Assembly (NCBI GenBank): GCA_000182565.2
Contig: KQ257463.1
Strand: one strand, 5' to 3'
DNA: 64,000 nucleotides
Source of the DNA: Spizellomyces punctatus DAOM BR117
Lineage: Eukaryota
The stretch's first letter is position 1. Every line of letters starts with the position of its first letter. Below the pieces are notes generated by a model. It had not been told where the DNA came from, made no database searches, and saw nothing but the letters and a program-made list of their open reading frames with translations. Below, one piece after another: positions 47,148 to 59,975 of this stretch. The translations under genes were made by a program, and so were the position numbers.

Positions 47148-50100
47148 ATGGCGGACCAAGGCGACGTACTGGACAAGCAGCCGCAGTCTTCAGAAACTCT
47201 AGAACAAGTCAAGCAAAGCATGGCGCAACTTTCGCCTGTTTCTCCTCATCAGGATAACAGCAGTGTTTTCAGAGGGTTCTTTTCCAGTGGTGGTTTAAAC
47301 CAAGGAAGGTCCACGTCTCGCTTGCCATTCTCCTTTGGAAGTTCTATGAGGAGATCTTCCTCGTATATCAACGACACACCTCAAGCACCGGCTCCCTCGA
47401 CAATCCAGGACTCAGGTGCAGCTGCTACGCGAGACATGGTGTCAAGAGCCCCCCATCGGGAGCAGGATACCAATACTGGCCCAAGAGAGACCAACTTAAT
47501 GCCTCCGCAACGAAGACTGGTTCCTACTCCGCCGCCTTCCACGCAGAAACATGGAACAAGTGAGAACCGCGGAGTAGAATCACCCACACCATCGCGTACA
47601 CATCATTATTCTGGGATGATGGCTGGAGATGGAAGCATAGATGCCTCTGAACATTTATCTCCCAGCAACTCAGGCCAGATGCACGATGATCAATCTCTCG
47701 TCTTCCTTCCACCATCCAATTCGCGGAAAATGGTCTCAGCTGGGAGGAATGGTCGAGGAACGGACGTGGGGATTCTAGGAAACATTGAAGTGGAAAATGA
47801 ACTCGCTGCAACGATGATGAACCTCGCTGGCCATATTCAACAGCAGAATTCGAGTAGACAGAGAAAGTTGGAGGAGTTGGTAGGTGATCAAGCAGATGGC
47901 ATTCAATTCATTCAAGAAGCTAATCTTGATTCTTACAGACTGAAGAGTTGAATAGAGCCAGACTTTGTATGCAAGAGCAGGCGGAAACGATTTCAAAACT
48001 CAAGGAAAATAGTCAAGTAGTCATCTCGGCTATCACAGGACAACGTGAAAAGATTCAGCTGAACCAGGACAGGTTTGGTACAATGAGATGGTCCAGACGA
48101 AAAATGATTCCGTTGTAGCTGATTATCTTCATTTTATTTCTTGCGTAGAATTGAAATAATGAAAAAGTCTTGTAAACTGTACCAGGTGCGCTTAGTTGAT
48201 CATCAGTGGATTTCAAGTTGAAGCGATTGTCGTCAACGTTTGCCGCAGATGACCATCAAAAACCTCGGAAAGGTTATTAAGGAAGTGGAAGCTGACAAGG
48301 CTGCGATAGTCAGTCAATTAGAGCAAAACAAGAAAGGTAGAGGTCATTTTATTTGAAATGAGATTTACGTCACTTCAGCGGACGTGTACGATGATAGAAC
48401 ATGATAAGTTGAATGCCGAGCGTGAAGATTTGAAGGAGAAACTGGCAAAAAGCGAAGAAGCGGGTGTGTAAGCAAACCGTTTTTTGATGTCATGCCAGAA
48501 ATTGTTTATGTATTCCCAATATAAGCAATCGCGATGCAGCTATCTTTCTCGAAACAAGTCGATGCTCTCGGGAATCAAAATGAAAGGCTAGTTGGTCAAC
48601 TATCAGAGTCCACTGATCAAAGCAAGTCTCTGCGCGAGCAACTCGAGCGGAAACTAGAGGAGCACGCCGTCGAGCTTAAGCGAAAACAAGAACAATACGA
48701 TATCGACCGTAATTTCTTAGAGAAGGATAATGGTGCGAGATATTTTTTAACTTGCTAGCTAACTATGGCTTGTAATGCTCAACCAACGTAATAGAGCGCC
48801 TTCAGGGGGAACTGAACGAGCTGAGACAGACCTATATGTCACACCAAGAAGAATCTACACTCCTCGTTGCTAACAACAGAGCTGAAATTGTATCGCTTGA
48901 AGCAAAAATCAGTGTACTCGAATCACGCGAAGGCGAGCTGCTCGGCACGAAAGGCCGATTGGAAGACGAGATCCACAAGCTTACCAAAAAAGTGCTCGAA
49001 ATGGAGACAACTGCTGCAAAGGCTGACGAACGTTATGCAGAATTGCTCAGTTCCCTCCAACAGAACAAAGAATTACTGGAAAGAAAAGAAGAAGAATGGC
49101 AATCGAAGCTTCATGAGATGCGAACAGCAGCGCAGGATGCTGAACAGAGGTTCGTGCGATCTGACCTAGGATCCCTTCCTGACATTGACATCTGTCTCCA
49201 GAACACGGGATGCAGAAGCGGAAGCAGAGCGACTTCGACGAGAGCTGACAGATGAAAAGGAGAGGTTTACCTTTGAAGTCAACACACTAAAAAACTTTGT
49301 CCAAGAACTCGACGGCAGGTTAGTCGCTGTCTCACAGAAGTGTATGGCAGTCTCTTGACGAAAGTCCCTTAGGCACGCCGAAAACATTGCAGCTTTAGAG
49401 CAAATTAGAGAATCACAATCGCGTGAGCTGGAGAGACTGAATGAGAGTAACCAAGAGTTAAGCCGTTCGATAAAGGAAGTACAAAGAGAACGTCTAAAAC
49501 TGGAGGAGGAGCATGAGCGCACTATGGATGAGATGAAACGCAAGTGAGTTGCAAGAGTATCGTTAACTGTGCATGGAAATCTCATGAGCCCTGCAGTACG
49601 AGGCAGCGAGAATTGGAATTTGACGAGAAGCGCCGTCAGCACGAGCTTCAGCGTGAACATCTTGAGCGAGAGCTTGCTAGCCAGCGAGAATTGTACGTGG
49701 GTTGAAACTCTTCTTTCGAGTGCTATCCTTTGACTTATGCCCCGATATATAGGTTGGGTGCTGTAGAAAAAGACAAGTCGCGGCTAGTTTCTCACCATGA
49801 AAAGGAATTGAAAGAAACTGCTCAGCAGCATCGACGCGAGCAGGTACGGAACGAAAATATGCACCTTCATCTGCTTGCCCTTGATATAGTTAATAGACCT
49901 CAGCTGCGGAGGAACTGAAGAAAGTTCAAGTTCAGCTTGCCGAAACTGAGATGAGATATCAGACAGCCCAGGTACATAACCCGGTTATTACTATAACGCT
50001 GTGACTGATAATAACTGACACATGTCGCTTGACAGTCTGTAAATCGTGAACTGTTTGACATGAAACCGAAACAGGCCACTCTAGCAAAACGTGTGAAGGA

Positions 50101-52598
50101 ACTGGAGCAGGAACTGGCTAGTTGTAAAGTACATCTCAGTGCAGCACAGCAGGAGGTTGATACTACGCGGCAGCAATGCACACAGCGGGAAAGCGAATTC
50201 GCAATAAACAAGGAGCAGATGAATGAAGAGATTCGTTGTCTGACTGTCGCCAAAGAGTCGTTGGAAGTAAGTTCCTTATTGCGATCTGGTCTGTATATTC
50301 GTGTATTCATATGCAATAGGCCTATAAACAAAAAACAATGGGTGAGATCGAGAAATTGAGCGAGGAGATTAAACAACTGCAAGGGCAATTGTCAGATCAG
50401 AAATCAAAGGTAATGAGGTGACTGTAACTTCCGCGATCAAAACTCAACTTCAGTATTCCAGAACGATGATGAAATCAGCCAATTGAAACAGCAGTTTGAC
50501 TCGGCTGAAAAGCGCCGCGAGGTGAGGCTTGCTACCAGTCATGGTCAAGTGCTTTTCCATACTTGCTTGTTTTTAAAGTGAACTGCTGACGCACTTACAG
50601 TGTGATAAGATAAATTTGCAAGCCAAGGTCAATGCTCTTCGGAACGATAAAGTGAGTCAGCATTGCCGATGGCGGATTGCGAGGTGGCAACTCAGGCATC
50701 CCTTCATTCTATTAGGAATCTTTATCCTCTCTGAGCAAGCAGCTTGAGGCTGAAAAGGCAACTCTCCAAGGTCATCTCATTGAAAAAATTGGACAAAATG
50801 AAGCTTTACTGTCTCAAATCAGTTCATTGCGGAAAGCTCGATATGAAAATGTGGAGCTCAATGCAACACAAGATGATATACCAGTTTCGCGACGGGAAAG
50901 GGTAGCCGGTGCAGAAGAAGCACCAAAGACCGGTGACCAAGGCACACCAGTGCGAGCCACCACAGACGCCGACAAGGATAATGTGAAGACACATGGGCCG
51001 ATAAAATCCTGTGACCCTGTGACGAAGGAGGGAACTAAAGTTTCTAACATCTCTTCCAAGGAGAAAACACCAACTCATAAGAAGTTCCGGTCGCCAGTCA
51101 GGACAGCCTCAAATCTGACGCTGAAATCTGACACCGCACAACAACAAGTAGACCAAAATCCGGCGGAGACTCCTCCTCCTAAATCCAATTCGTCTCTAAA
51201 GACTGACGAGCCGCGCAAATCTCCTACGAAACCTTCCTTGGCTGTCAACGAGAATGACAAACTGCAAACACCTCCAGGCAGATGGAAGAAGCCGCCTTTG
51301 CAACCAGCAATGTCCTTTTCCGCTTTTTCACAAATCGAAACTATGGACGAGGATGAAGAGAATGATCGTATTGATCAAGGGGACAATTTTGCCTTGGATG
51401 AGTTGGTTGCGGTAAGGACGTTAGATACTAACTTGCTCATGCGACGCAACTAAACTTGATGAAGGCTATGGATGCGGACAATGCCATTAGTGAAATTGCT
51501 GAAGAAACGACTGTTGAACAGGGTGTGGAATATTTGACAACCCCTCCAAAAGATCCACAAAAAAATACGAGGAGCAAGTCGACCAGTGATCTGCTTGATG
51601 TAGCTAACGACCACGTGAGATCCCCAGAGAGGAAGAAGGCTATCAATTCTCCAAAGAAGCCAGTGGACATTGAACAGACTCATTCTGATGATGAACCTTC
51701 GGGGCAAGAAATGCGCAGATCAAGGCCCGGTACATCGTCGGCCCAGCTATCTAGCTACGAAAGGGCTGAACCAAAGAAGACTTCCAAGGTCATTCGATGG
51801 CGGTGAAAGTTATAGAATCTTCCGATACCCATGTATTTTCACTAAACCTGATGACTCGGCGACTGCAGGGTGCAAGCAATCCTCGAAAGCGAAGAATTTC
51901 TACACTCAATATTATCGGAGGAAAACAGCAGGACAATGATAATGACTCAACTTTTGAAGAACCCAGACGAGGCCGAGAAAAGAGACAAAAGAGAGCAGAA
52001 CGGTCACCGTCCTGGTCGAGCAGTCGCTCAGGACCAGCAAGGGCAGCAAAAAGCAGAAAGACAACACCTAAGCCGCCCCCCAAAGCCGGACTCGCGGAGG
52101 CAAGTCATTGCTTTCACTTGGCTCAAACAAAAACTCACGTCCCTGTGAATTTCGTTTACTTTCATTTATAGAGCCCCACAAGAAGCCCCAAGAAACGTCA
52201 ACCAGTTCCAAGCAAGGCTGACACCGATGAGTTTTGTTCTCCAGAGAAGTCCAAGCGTGCCGGGAAGTCTCAACTGGTAGGAAAGCGCATGGGCACTCCT
52301 AAATCGCCAACCATGGCAGAAACCTCCATTACCACAACAACAACGATTCATAAAACGCAACGCGTCTATTCGACAGTAAGTGTTTATGGGCCAGCCCGGT
52401 GTTGTGCCTGAACGGACATGTCATTGGTTTGCATTGCAGCAATCTCGGAAAGAGAAGGCGATGGGACGAGCTACATCTGTCCGGGCGACAAAAGCCGGCG
52501 CCTCTCGGAGGCATTTAGCGGCGTTTGACACTTCTTCAGAAGATTTCGCTGCTGCTCTCATGACTGATGATGCTTTGTTTGGCTGGCCGCCGGCGTGA
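47148..52598 (+). CDS. Large multi-exon coiled-coil protein with disordered termini (candidate synaptonemal-complex transverse filament)
   Basis: Many short exons bounded by GT..AG; long E/K/Q/L heptad-rich middle (about 47800-50850); basic S/T-P-rich tail ending DFAAALMTDDALFGWPPA*. Confidence 0.65.
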
Positions 52599-52967
52599 CG
52601 GACCTTACACCGTGTGTCCTATTTCGTGATATACTTTAGTCGGACCTATTATATTTCTTAGTTTCAAGAGTACCATGTGAGAGAAATGGAGGATCGTGCC
52701 GTTCTTTTAACTTTTTATATTTGTGATCGAACTGGGCGTTGACGGCGATCTAGCAAAGACGCCAACAATGTTATTTTACGACCAACTCTTGATGCCCATT
52801 ACAACCAAGTCGTGCTGCCTGATGCCGAACTTATGCGAAAAGCTCAATCTGTACGCAAATCCCACACAAATTATCCAAAAGCAAGCTAGAAAAGACGCAG
52901 ATGGGTGAATCAATGGAAGATATTTTCAATGTACTACTCCGCCCAAATATTGATTCTTAGGTGTGTG

Positions 52968-53522
52968 CTAACATCCTGCGAGGTGGTTTAAAAAATCCAT
53001 CTGATTCCATTTACTCCAATTGCACCTTCCAGTCCGTATCGCAAGATGAACAGCCAGGATATGTTGACAAACCATCTGCTGCTCTCGATGCCCCACACAC
53101 GTACAATAGGGAACAGAAGGAAAGCAGGTCAAAAAGTCTCGGTCATCTTCAACCTGTAATTCTCTGTATGAGCATCGCCAGGTTTCCAGGGATGGCATAA
53201 AGGCGGCTAACCTGATAAAAGTTGCGTCCGCAAGGCCCGTCAACTCTGGTTACTAAAAGGACAGCGTCGTGTCAGCATGAGCAATTCGCTGAGGCACAAT
53301 TGCACGCAGACTCATACCGGCTTCCCGCTCCAAGAGGTTCAAAGCAGCAATAGCAATGGAAGGACTAAAAACGACAGCTAGACTAATAAAACGTAACAGG
53401 CATTGTGATATTCTTGGCAAAGAAACCGTGGAACTAACAGATGGTACTTACGCATGAAGGTGGTTGTCATTCCATTGCCCAGTCGAAGGGAGTGAGTCCA
53501 AAATGATTTGAGCCCACTGCAT
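52968..53522 (-). CDS. SWIM zinc-finger protein, Sws1/ZSWIM7 (Shu complex) like
   Basis: Spliced: ..HLHA|LAVVF...AALNLLER..RNFYQV....FLTCFPSVPYCTC...MVCQHILAVHLA..TGRC (CxC-xn-CxH). True start uncertain. Confidence 0.8.
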
Positions 53523-53737
53523 CAAGATGCCCTGAGCTAGTTTGTTCCTCTCTGAAAGGAGCACATGAATGCAGGATGGGGTCGTGGTCTACAAATCAGC
53601 AACGCGCGGTCTTTGACTAGGAGGATCTGATTTCATACAGTAAATATTAGGATTGCAACTGCTTAATGTTTCCTTGTTCTATGCTCACATCTACACCAAG
53701 AAAATATCGCAAATAATAATTATTGCAGCCTGCTCGA

Positions 53738-56700
53738 TTAATCACTATCTACCCCATCCAACTCCCTTGCAAGTTCCTCTGGGGACTGAGTTATTTTGGG
53801 TTGCATCGCTGACTTGCGCAACGCATCTGTGGTAATAGGTTTTGATTTTCTTCTTGCGGATTTGGCTGGCTTATGGACTCCGGTTACCGGCAGCGGCTGC
53901 GACCAAGAAAAGTTGGATGATTGAGACCGAGAACGCTGCAGTGTTTGTTGGGTCAGGGGAGCAGACACTCGCTTGGGTGGATTGCGAGCCTTTGGTCCAT
54001 CAACTGCAGATTTTGTGAGTCAAACATCATAGAGACCATCGACAACAGTGATACATACCATCAGCGGCAAGTTCCAGAAATACCGACTTGCGCTTTCTTC
54101 TCTTCTTTTGTCCTGCTAATCGTATGGCAGGTTGTGATGGCGCCAGGTTCTCCTCTCCTTTATCACTGGAATCGCTGTCCGAGCTACTGCCATTACTGGC
54201 GTCGCCAGCATCCTCTTCTTCGTCTTCGTCTTCGTCTTCGTCCTCGTCATCATCCTCATCGTCTAGGCTAGCGCTGTTGTTGCTGCCAAGGAAACTCTGA
54301 CTCATCGTCGAATTTTGAGAAAAATTAAAACCATTGAGATTTTGGCTCGACGATGAAAGTTGAGAAGCAGCAATCTCCGTGAGAGAGTTATAAGTCCGAA
54401 GACGAGAAATGCCACTAAGTCGGCTTTCTGACTTTTGTATCTTGCGATGTTTGGTCTGAGTCAATGACGACCGATCGTCAGCAGATTCCCTCCATACCGC
54501 GGTATCCTTGGCACTAAGGATGTTGCGCCCAGGAGGATGAAGCTCATCGTCGCTGCGCTCGGGGATTGGCATTTGGGAAAGGAGAGTAGGCGACTCTACT
54601 TGTGATTTCGGAAATAGCTGCGAAAACGTCGCCTCTTCGTACTCTGAATCGCTCTGCTCATCTTCTTGTGGAGCAGTGACATTTGACAAGAGTGGCAAAT
54701 CGCAATTTCCTCGGCCTACGGTCGTGGTCTGTCTATTCGCTGTGCTTTCCTCTAATGATACCTCATCACTTGGACTACCTTTGCGCTTGCGGCTGCGAGG
54801 GGAAGCAGGGGGAGAAACCAACGCGGTGTGACCCTTGGATCCCGGGGAAGCCACACTATTACTGACGGGTGCGTCTAACATGGATTTGCTCTTTTCTGCA
54901 TTGCCTTTATCGGCAATTTTACGTCCTCTCTGATCCTCGACAACCTCCTTGTTCTTTGCTCCTTCCATGCTCTTTTCAGCTTCAAGCATTTTTCTACGCC
55001 GTGGTGACAACTTGGGTGGATGCTTGGGCTTGGGCATGCGGTACTTGGATTCCGATCGTGAACCTAGATCACCGTTTTGATCCTCTATGTTTTTGACGCC
55101 ATCATGGCTGTGTGGCACTACACCATGGACATCCTCTTCTTCATCACGCTCGTTTTGTGCACCTGACACTGACAACGTGCCATTTGCATGAGGAACGGAT
55201 CCTTCTCCACTCACATTCGGACGCTTAGCGTCGCTCTTTGAAATCGCGCTCGACAGGTGTTCATCTCTATCCTCATCTCCATCTTCATTCTCATCTATGT
55301 CCTCATCTGCTTTCTTGCTGTCCACCTCGTCTTCAGCTTCGTTTTCCGTCTCCTCTTCGTTGCCTTCCATTTCTTCTTCCTCCTGATCGTCGCTCACCTC
55401 GGCTTCCTCGCCTTTCACCTCTTCTTCTTCTTCGCTTTCCTCCTCACTGTCTTCGCTGTCCTTCACCTCTGTTTCATTTACCGCTGCCAAATCATCATCG
55501 TTTTTGACGTTCGGATCTACTTTCTCTGCTTCCGCCTCTGTTTCAGATCCTGAATCTGAATCTTCGTCTTTGTCGCTCGGCTCCTCGTCTTGGTGCGCCG
55601 GATTAGTTTCAGCTGCAACTTCTGCGTCCACGCCAACCACATCGCTCTGTGCGAAATGGCCGCTATAAGAGGTCTCCTTCCTTGCGTCTTGTGTACTGGC
55701 ATCTGAAGAATGATCTTCCGCAACTGCACTAGCCTCATCTGCACCATCATTAATGCGTCTAAACACGCTTGTCCCACGTCCTTTGGACGGGCTATCACTG
55801 AAATGGTTTTCCACTGAGAGACTCGATAGCGTTATAACACTGTGATTGCTTCCATTAGGGAGAGTTCGCGTGTTATTATCTTGATCGTCCTTCAAACGCT
55901 ACGTGAGCTGATGTGTCCGGCCGGGCTCCCGAATAGCTCAAAACGTTCCTTCACTTACCAGGAGAAGGATATCCTGGGACTTCTCGGTTCGCCGCCTCTT
56001 GTTGTGTGGGGCATCTTTGGAGGATGCTGCCTTCACTGTAGGCGTAAGATCGTCACCACTAACGCTCTCAACACTCGGGGAAAGATTACTACGGAAACGT
56101 TTTATCGTCACGGCCTTTCCTGCTGGCGGTCGTTCTGCCCTTTCAAGAGAGTTCGGTACCCCATTCTCTATTCCTTCCTTCAGAACAATATCTTCATAAC
56201 TGTCCTCATGGTTCACGACTGCCACAACATGGACGTACTCCCGCTCGTCGAATGCTTCCGCTACGAGGAGATTTTCCGGAACAGTGCTGTTATCTGAGTT
56301 GCGAAATATAAGCTGACGGATGCGGGAGCTAATTTTACATAATAAGACCATCTGGACTCACACACGATTCGAAAATGCAAATATATAAACTTACGGATCC
56401 ACAGTCCTTTCATAGTCTGTTTGTTCTACTTCTCGCCATGTTTCTAAAGCTTTACTCTTCACTTCTCTGACACTGGTTTCTTCCGGGAAGGTGACTACCG
56501 TGAGGAACTGGCTCTTCAAAATCAGTTGGTCCCTTGGAGTGTACGTGACTGGGTCGAACGACGGGGAAAGAGCAACGCAAAAGTTGACGTTCAAACGCTG
56601 CCGGGAGATATTTGTGGATTGCCGTCGGGGCTCAGACCCAAACCGGTCACTTGTCCATGCGGACAGGATCTCTTTTGGAGTTCGGTTCATTTTGTCTGCA

Positions 56701-56738
56701 AAGAAGGGAAGGGCGACGACGGCGATAGAGCCGGCCAT
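53738..56738 (-). CDS. Acidic nucleolar-type protein, Net1/Tof2/Dnt1-like
   Basis: N-terminal ubiquitin-like Cdc14-binding-type pattern (FL..FPEETSVREVK..W....RNSDNSTVPENLLVAEAFDEREYVHVV), long D/E tracts, YNSLTEIA, SSSDSDSSD, RLAGQKKRRKRKSVFLEL. Confidence 0.55.
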
Positions 56739-57689
56739 TGGATCGAATGAGATGAAATGCAAGATGCCTCCCTCGATTTCGGCAAATGAACTATGCACAA
56801 AAGATGCTCAACGGGTCCAATATGTGTGGCCAGTATGAAAACAGGTCCAATAACTGCGGCCATGAACGGATTGATTGCTATCCCTTGCGGCCATCTGACA
56901 GCCATCTATGAGAGAAATATTCGCAGTTGCCATATGCATACATGCATGACTCAATATATCGACTCAGTTTTTCTATATAAACCCCCCCTCATCCTCTTCC
57001 CCCATCTTGTTCTTTATCCCTCAACTCAAAGCATCTGCCCAATGCTCAAGCAACTCTCAAGTCCATCATGAGAATGCCACTCTGGTGCCGAGGACCTCGC
57101 CCTCCTGACAACAACAACATAACCCCTTGCAAACACTGCTACTACTATATTGCTACGATCGCAGGTATATCAATATGATTTTTCCCATGCATGTATTACC
57201 CAGTCTAATTCTGATTTTACTAGTATCTGAAACATCCTCCAACCAAGAATTTCGGAATCAAAGGGCAAGTAGGATTTCTCTTGAGGTGGTGGGCAAATTA
57301 TCCGGTTTAGAAGAGCTGTTATGTATTGCGTGCATAATTGCCTAGTAGTAGATACCAGGATGTTACAGGATTGATGTAGTCCTTTAGATTTCACGCTTCC
57401 TACTGTACTCACATCTGCGATCAGAAATGGTCAAAGATGACTACATTATTTGGAAGCTTTTCAATACATCGGCGATAGAGCCAAAGCAGAAATCAATCCA
57501 CCTTTAACTTTAAACATTCGACTCCCATAGAGCGATTCGAATCTTGGGTAAAGATCCACTGGAAGATGTTGAACTGTCCCGTTCGTTGCGTACTCATTTA
57601 CATTGTATCAAAATGAATATAGGTCTACTAATATATACATAGAAATATAAGTGGAAAGTCGTCCATCGCCCGCAATGGTCTGAAAAAAG

Positions 57690-59105
57690 TCAGAGTATGG
57701 TACATTGACATCCGGCAGTTGATTTTGGTTGGCGTGTTTTTGACGACGAGATAGGTGTCTCTGCCGTCATGGTCATTGGCGATATCCTAGATGGGGAGGG
57801 ACCCATAGCCGGCTTTGATGGTATCAGAGACAATGGGGAAGAAACCGCTTCGACTGCTTCAGGGGTTTCTGTAGGACGGAGTGCATCAACGGCAGGAGTA
57901 TCTCCATCTGCTTCCTTGGCCATTGTCACTTCTCCTGGTAGAACAGCTGCAGATGCGGTGCTAACAGAGGCGATGGAAGACGACTCGGCGGATGCGCGCC
58001 GAATGATAGGACCGCCCCCGCCTCCACCGCCGCCCCCACCTATACGGACACGATCCCGCGCTTTCCGTGGATCTCCCCCCAAAATAAACTTTTTCGGTTT
58101 ATTCTTGCTGTCCCGTTCCATTTCTTCCTCCTCATTTGCAGCAGGAGATTCAATTCCTATCACTCCACTCTCAGCTTCATCGCATTCCGCGACATGACAT
58201 GTTTCGTCATCCTTAGGTTCCAGGCTGTGCAGCTCCAAGATTTCCACATTGGCTCTGATTTCGCCAATGGCCACTGTATGGATACTGTGCCCTGGCGAAA
58301 TCTCATCATAATCCTCCCCATCCCAATCAGGTCGTGATATTCCCGTCACGGCGGTAGTAACGGTCGATAACGAGCTTTGCCGTCTCAAAATGACAGCAAT
58401 ATTATCAAACGGTTTTGTAACAGCTTCAATATGTCTTAAATCCTTATCATAGTCGATAGATCGTCCCGCTTCCTCAAAAATGGCCGCCACCCCCGACCTT
58501 GTGCGAGCCGAACACTCAAGATACCGGTAGGCACCCATTCGCTTAGCAACTTGTTCACCCTATTGCAACAAGCTGAACGGTGAGAGAGAAAGAATACTTG
58601 AGCCGGATTATGATGCTCTACCTCGTCGTATCGTATTGGGTCATAGCCTATTCGTCGCAGACTTTCCAACGTTTCAGGGTCCGTGCGGAGATCGCTTTTA
58701 CACCCGACAAGCAAAATGGGAACATTAGAAGCAAAATATCGTATCTCGGGAATCCACTGGTTACGCAGACTGTCAACTATCTGAAAGGTTTGTCCCAAAA
58801 GATCTACCGCAATGTACTCATACCCTTTCTTCAATATTTTGAAAAGACTGGTGGTCGACAACGCTGAAAGCCACGATAAAGGCATCCGCTTTATCATAGC
58901 TAAAAGGTCTTAGCCTGTCAAGCTCTGCCGCTCCTGCCGTGTCCCAGATTTCGAAAGGCGAGTCCTTTGGCAGGTACGTTTCCGTAACCGTTGCAAGGTG
59001 CTTTTCAGGAAACTGACCTCCAGAGTACACTAATAGCAATGCTGTCTTGCCCACTCCTTCGTCCCCCACGCACACGAGCTTTGCCCTCTTTCTCTTCTCT
59101 AACAT
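57690..59105 (-). CDS. Atypical Rho-family GTPase with a long C-terminal extension and CAAX box
   Basis: KLVCVGDEGVGKT, IWDTAGA, DRLRPFSY, WIPEI..F..VPILLVGCKSDLR, Rho insert, YLECSAR; three exons; ends GCQCTIL*. Confidence 0.9.
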
Positions 59106-59975
59106 CACATAGACAAACCCGCTCTACTTTTCAATGGTGTCGAGGTGGCCGAACTCGTTGCATGCGCTTCCAGCCGCGAAAGATCTGCACGGTCGCACAG
59201 ATTGGTAAGCGGTCCAAGTTCGACGTTTGCTTTCCAAGTCCCCAGGATGACACCTACTCCATCTATCGTCAGCACCGGTTTTGAGGTGTTTGGTAAAGTA
59301 CAAGGTACCTTATAACTGGAGACCAGGCTGGGCTGTCAACATGCCATATCGAAATTTTGTGAGGTTAAAATACATGGCACGTTCCCTGTTGAACGGAACA
59401 CTACTCTGACACAGGTGTTTGGTTCCGGAAATACTGCGTCGAGAACGGCAACAAACTCAGAGTTGTAGGATGGGTCCGAAATACAGACCGGGGAACAGTC
59501 GAAGGGATCGTGCAGGGTGAAGCAGGTATGTGCTCCCCTCAAAAGCAATAACAAACAGAAGTCTGACCTTTGGACCTATAGATCAGGTAGAGGTGTTGTG
59601 AGTGTCCCAGATATGTAGCTTTTAGTATGTATATGGCGCTCACACCATCGGCTTGCTTTTGTTTCAAGCAAGCAGCGCTTAAAGGTAGGCTCATGACATG
59701 ATACGTCCACAAGCCTGAAAATTACTCATGATATCAAAAGACAGGTTCCCCCAAATCTAGGGTCGACCGTTGCGAATACACCTCACAAGCGACCATTGCA
59801 AAACTGGAGTATAGCAACTTTGAAAAACGCTGACAGAAGGACCCTTAAGCGATTTAATAATATGGTTTCGTTTATATTTACAAGGCAACATAGTGCTACT
59901 TTTTCCCAATTACACTTACTGAGTGGCAATGCCACATAAAGCAGTATGCTTTCTCCACCGATACGAAATAACATG

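Noticed and set aside
54088-55553. Poly-Ser and hydrophobic + strand ORFs
   Set aside because: Antisense shadows of the Asp/Glu tracts of the minus-strand Net1-like gene.
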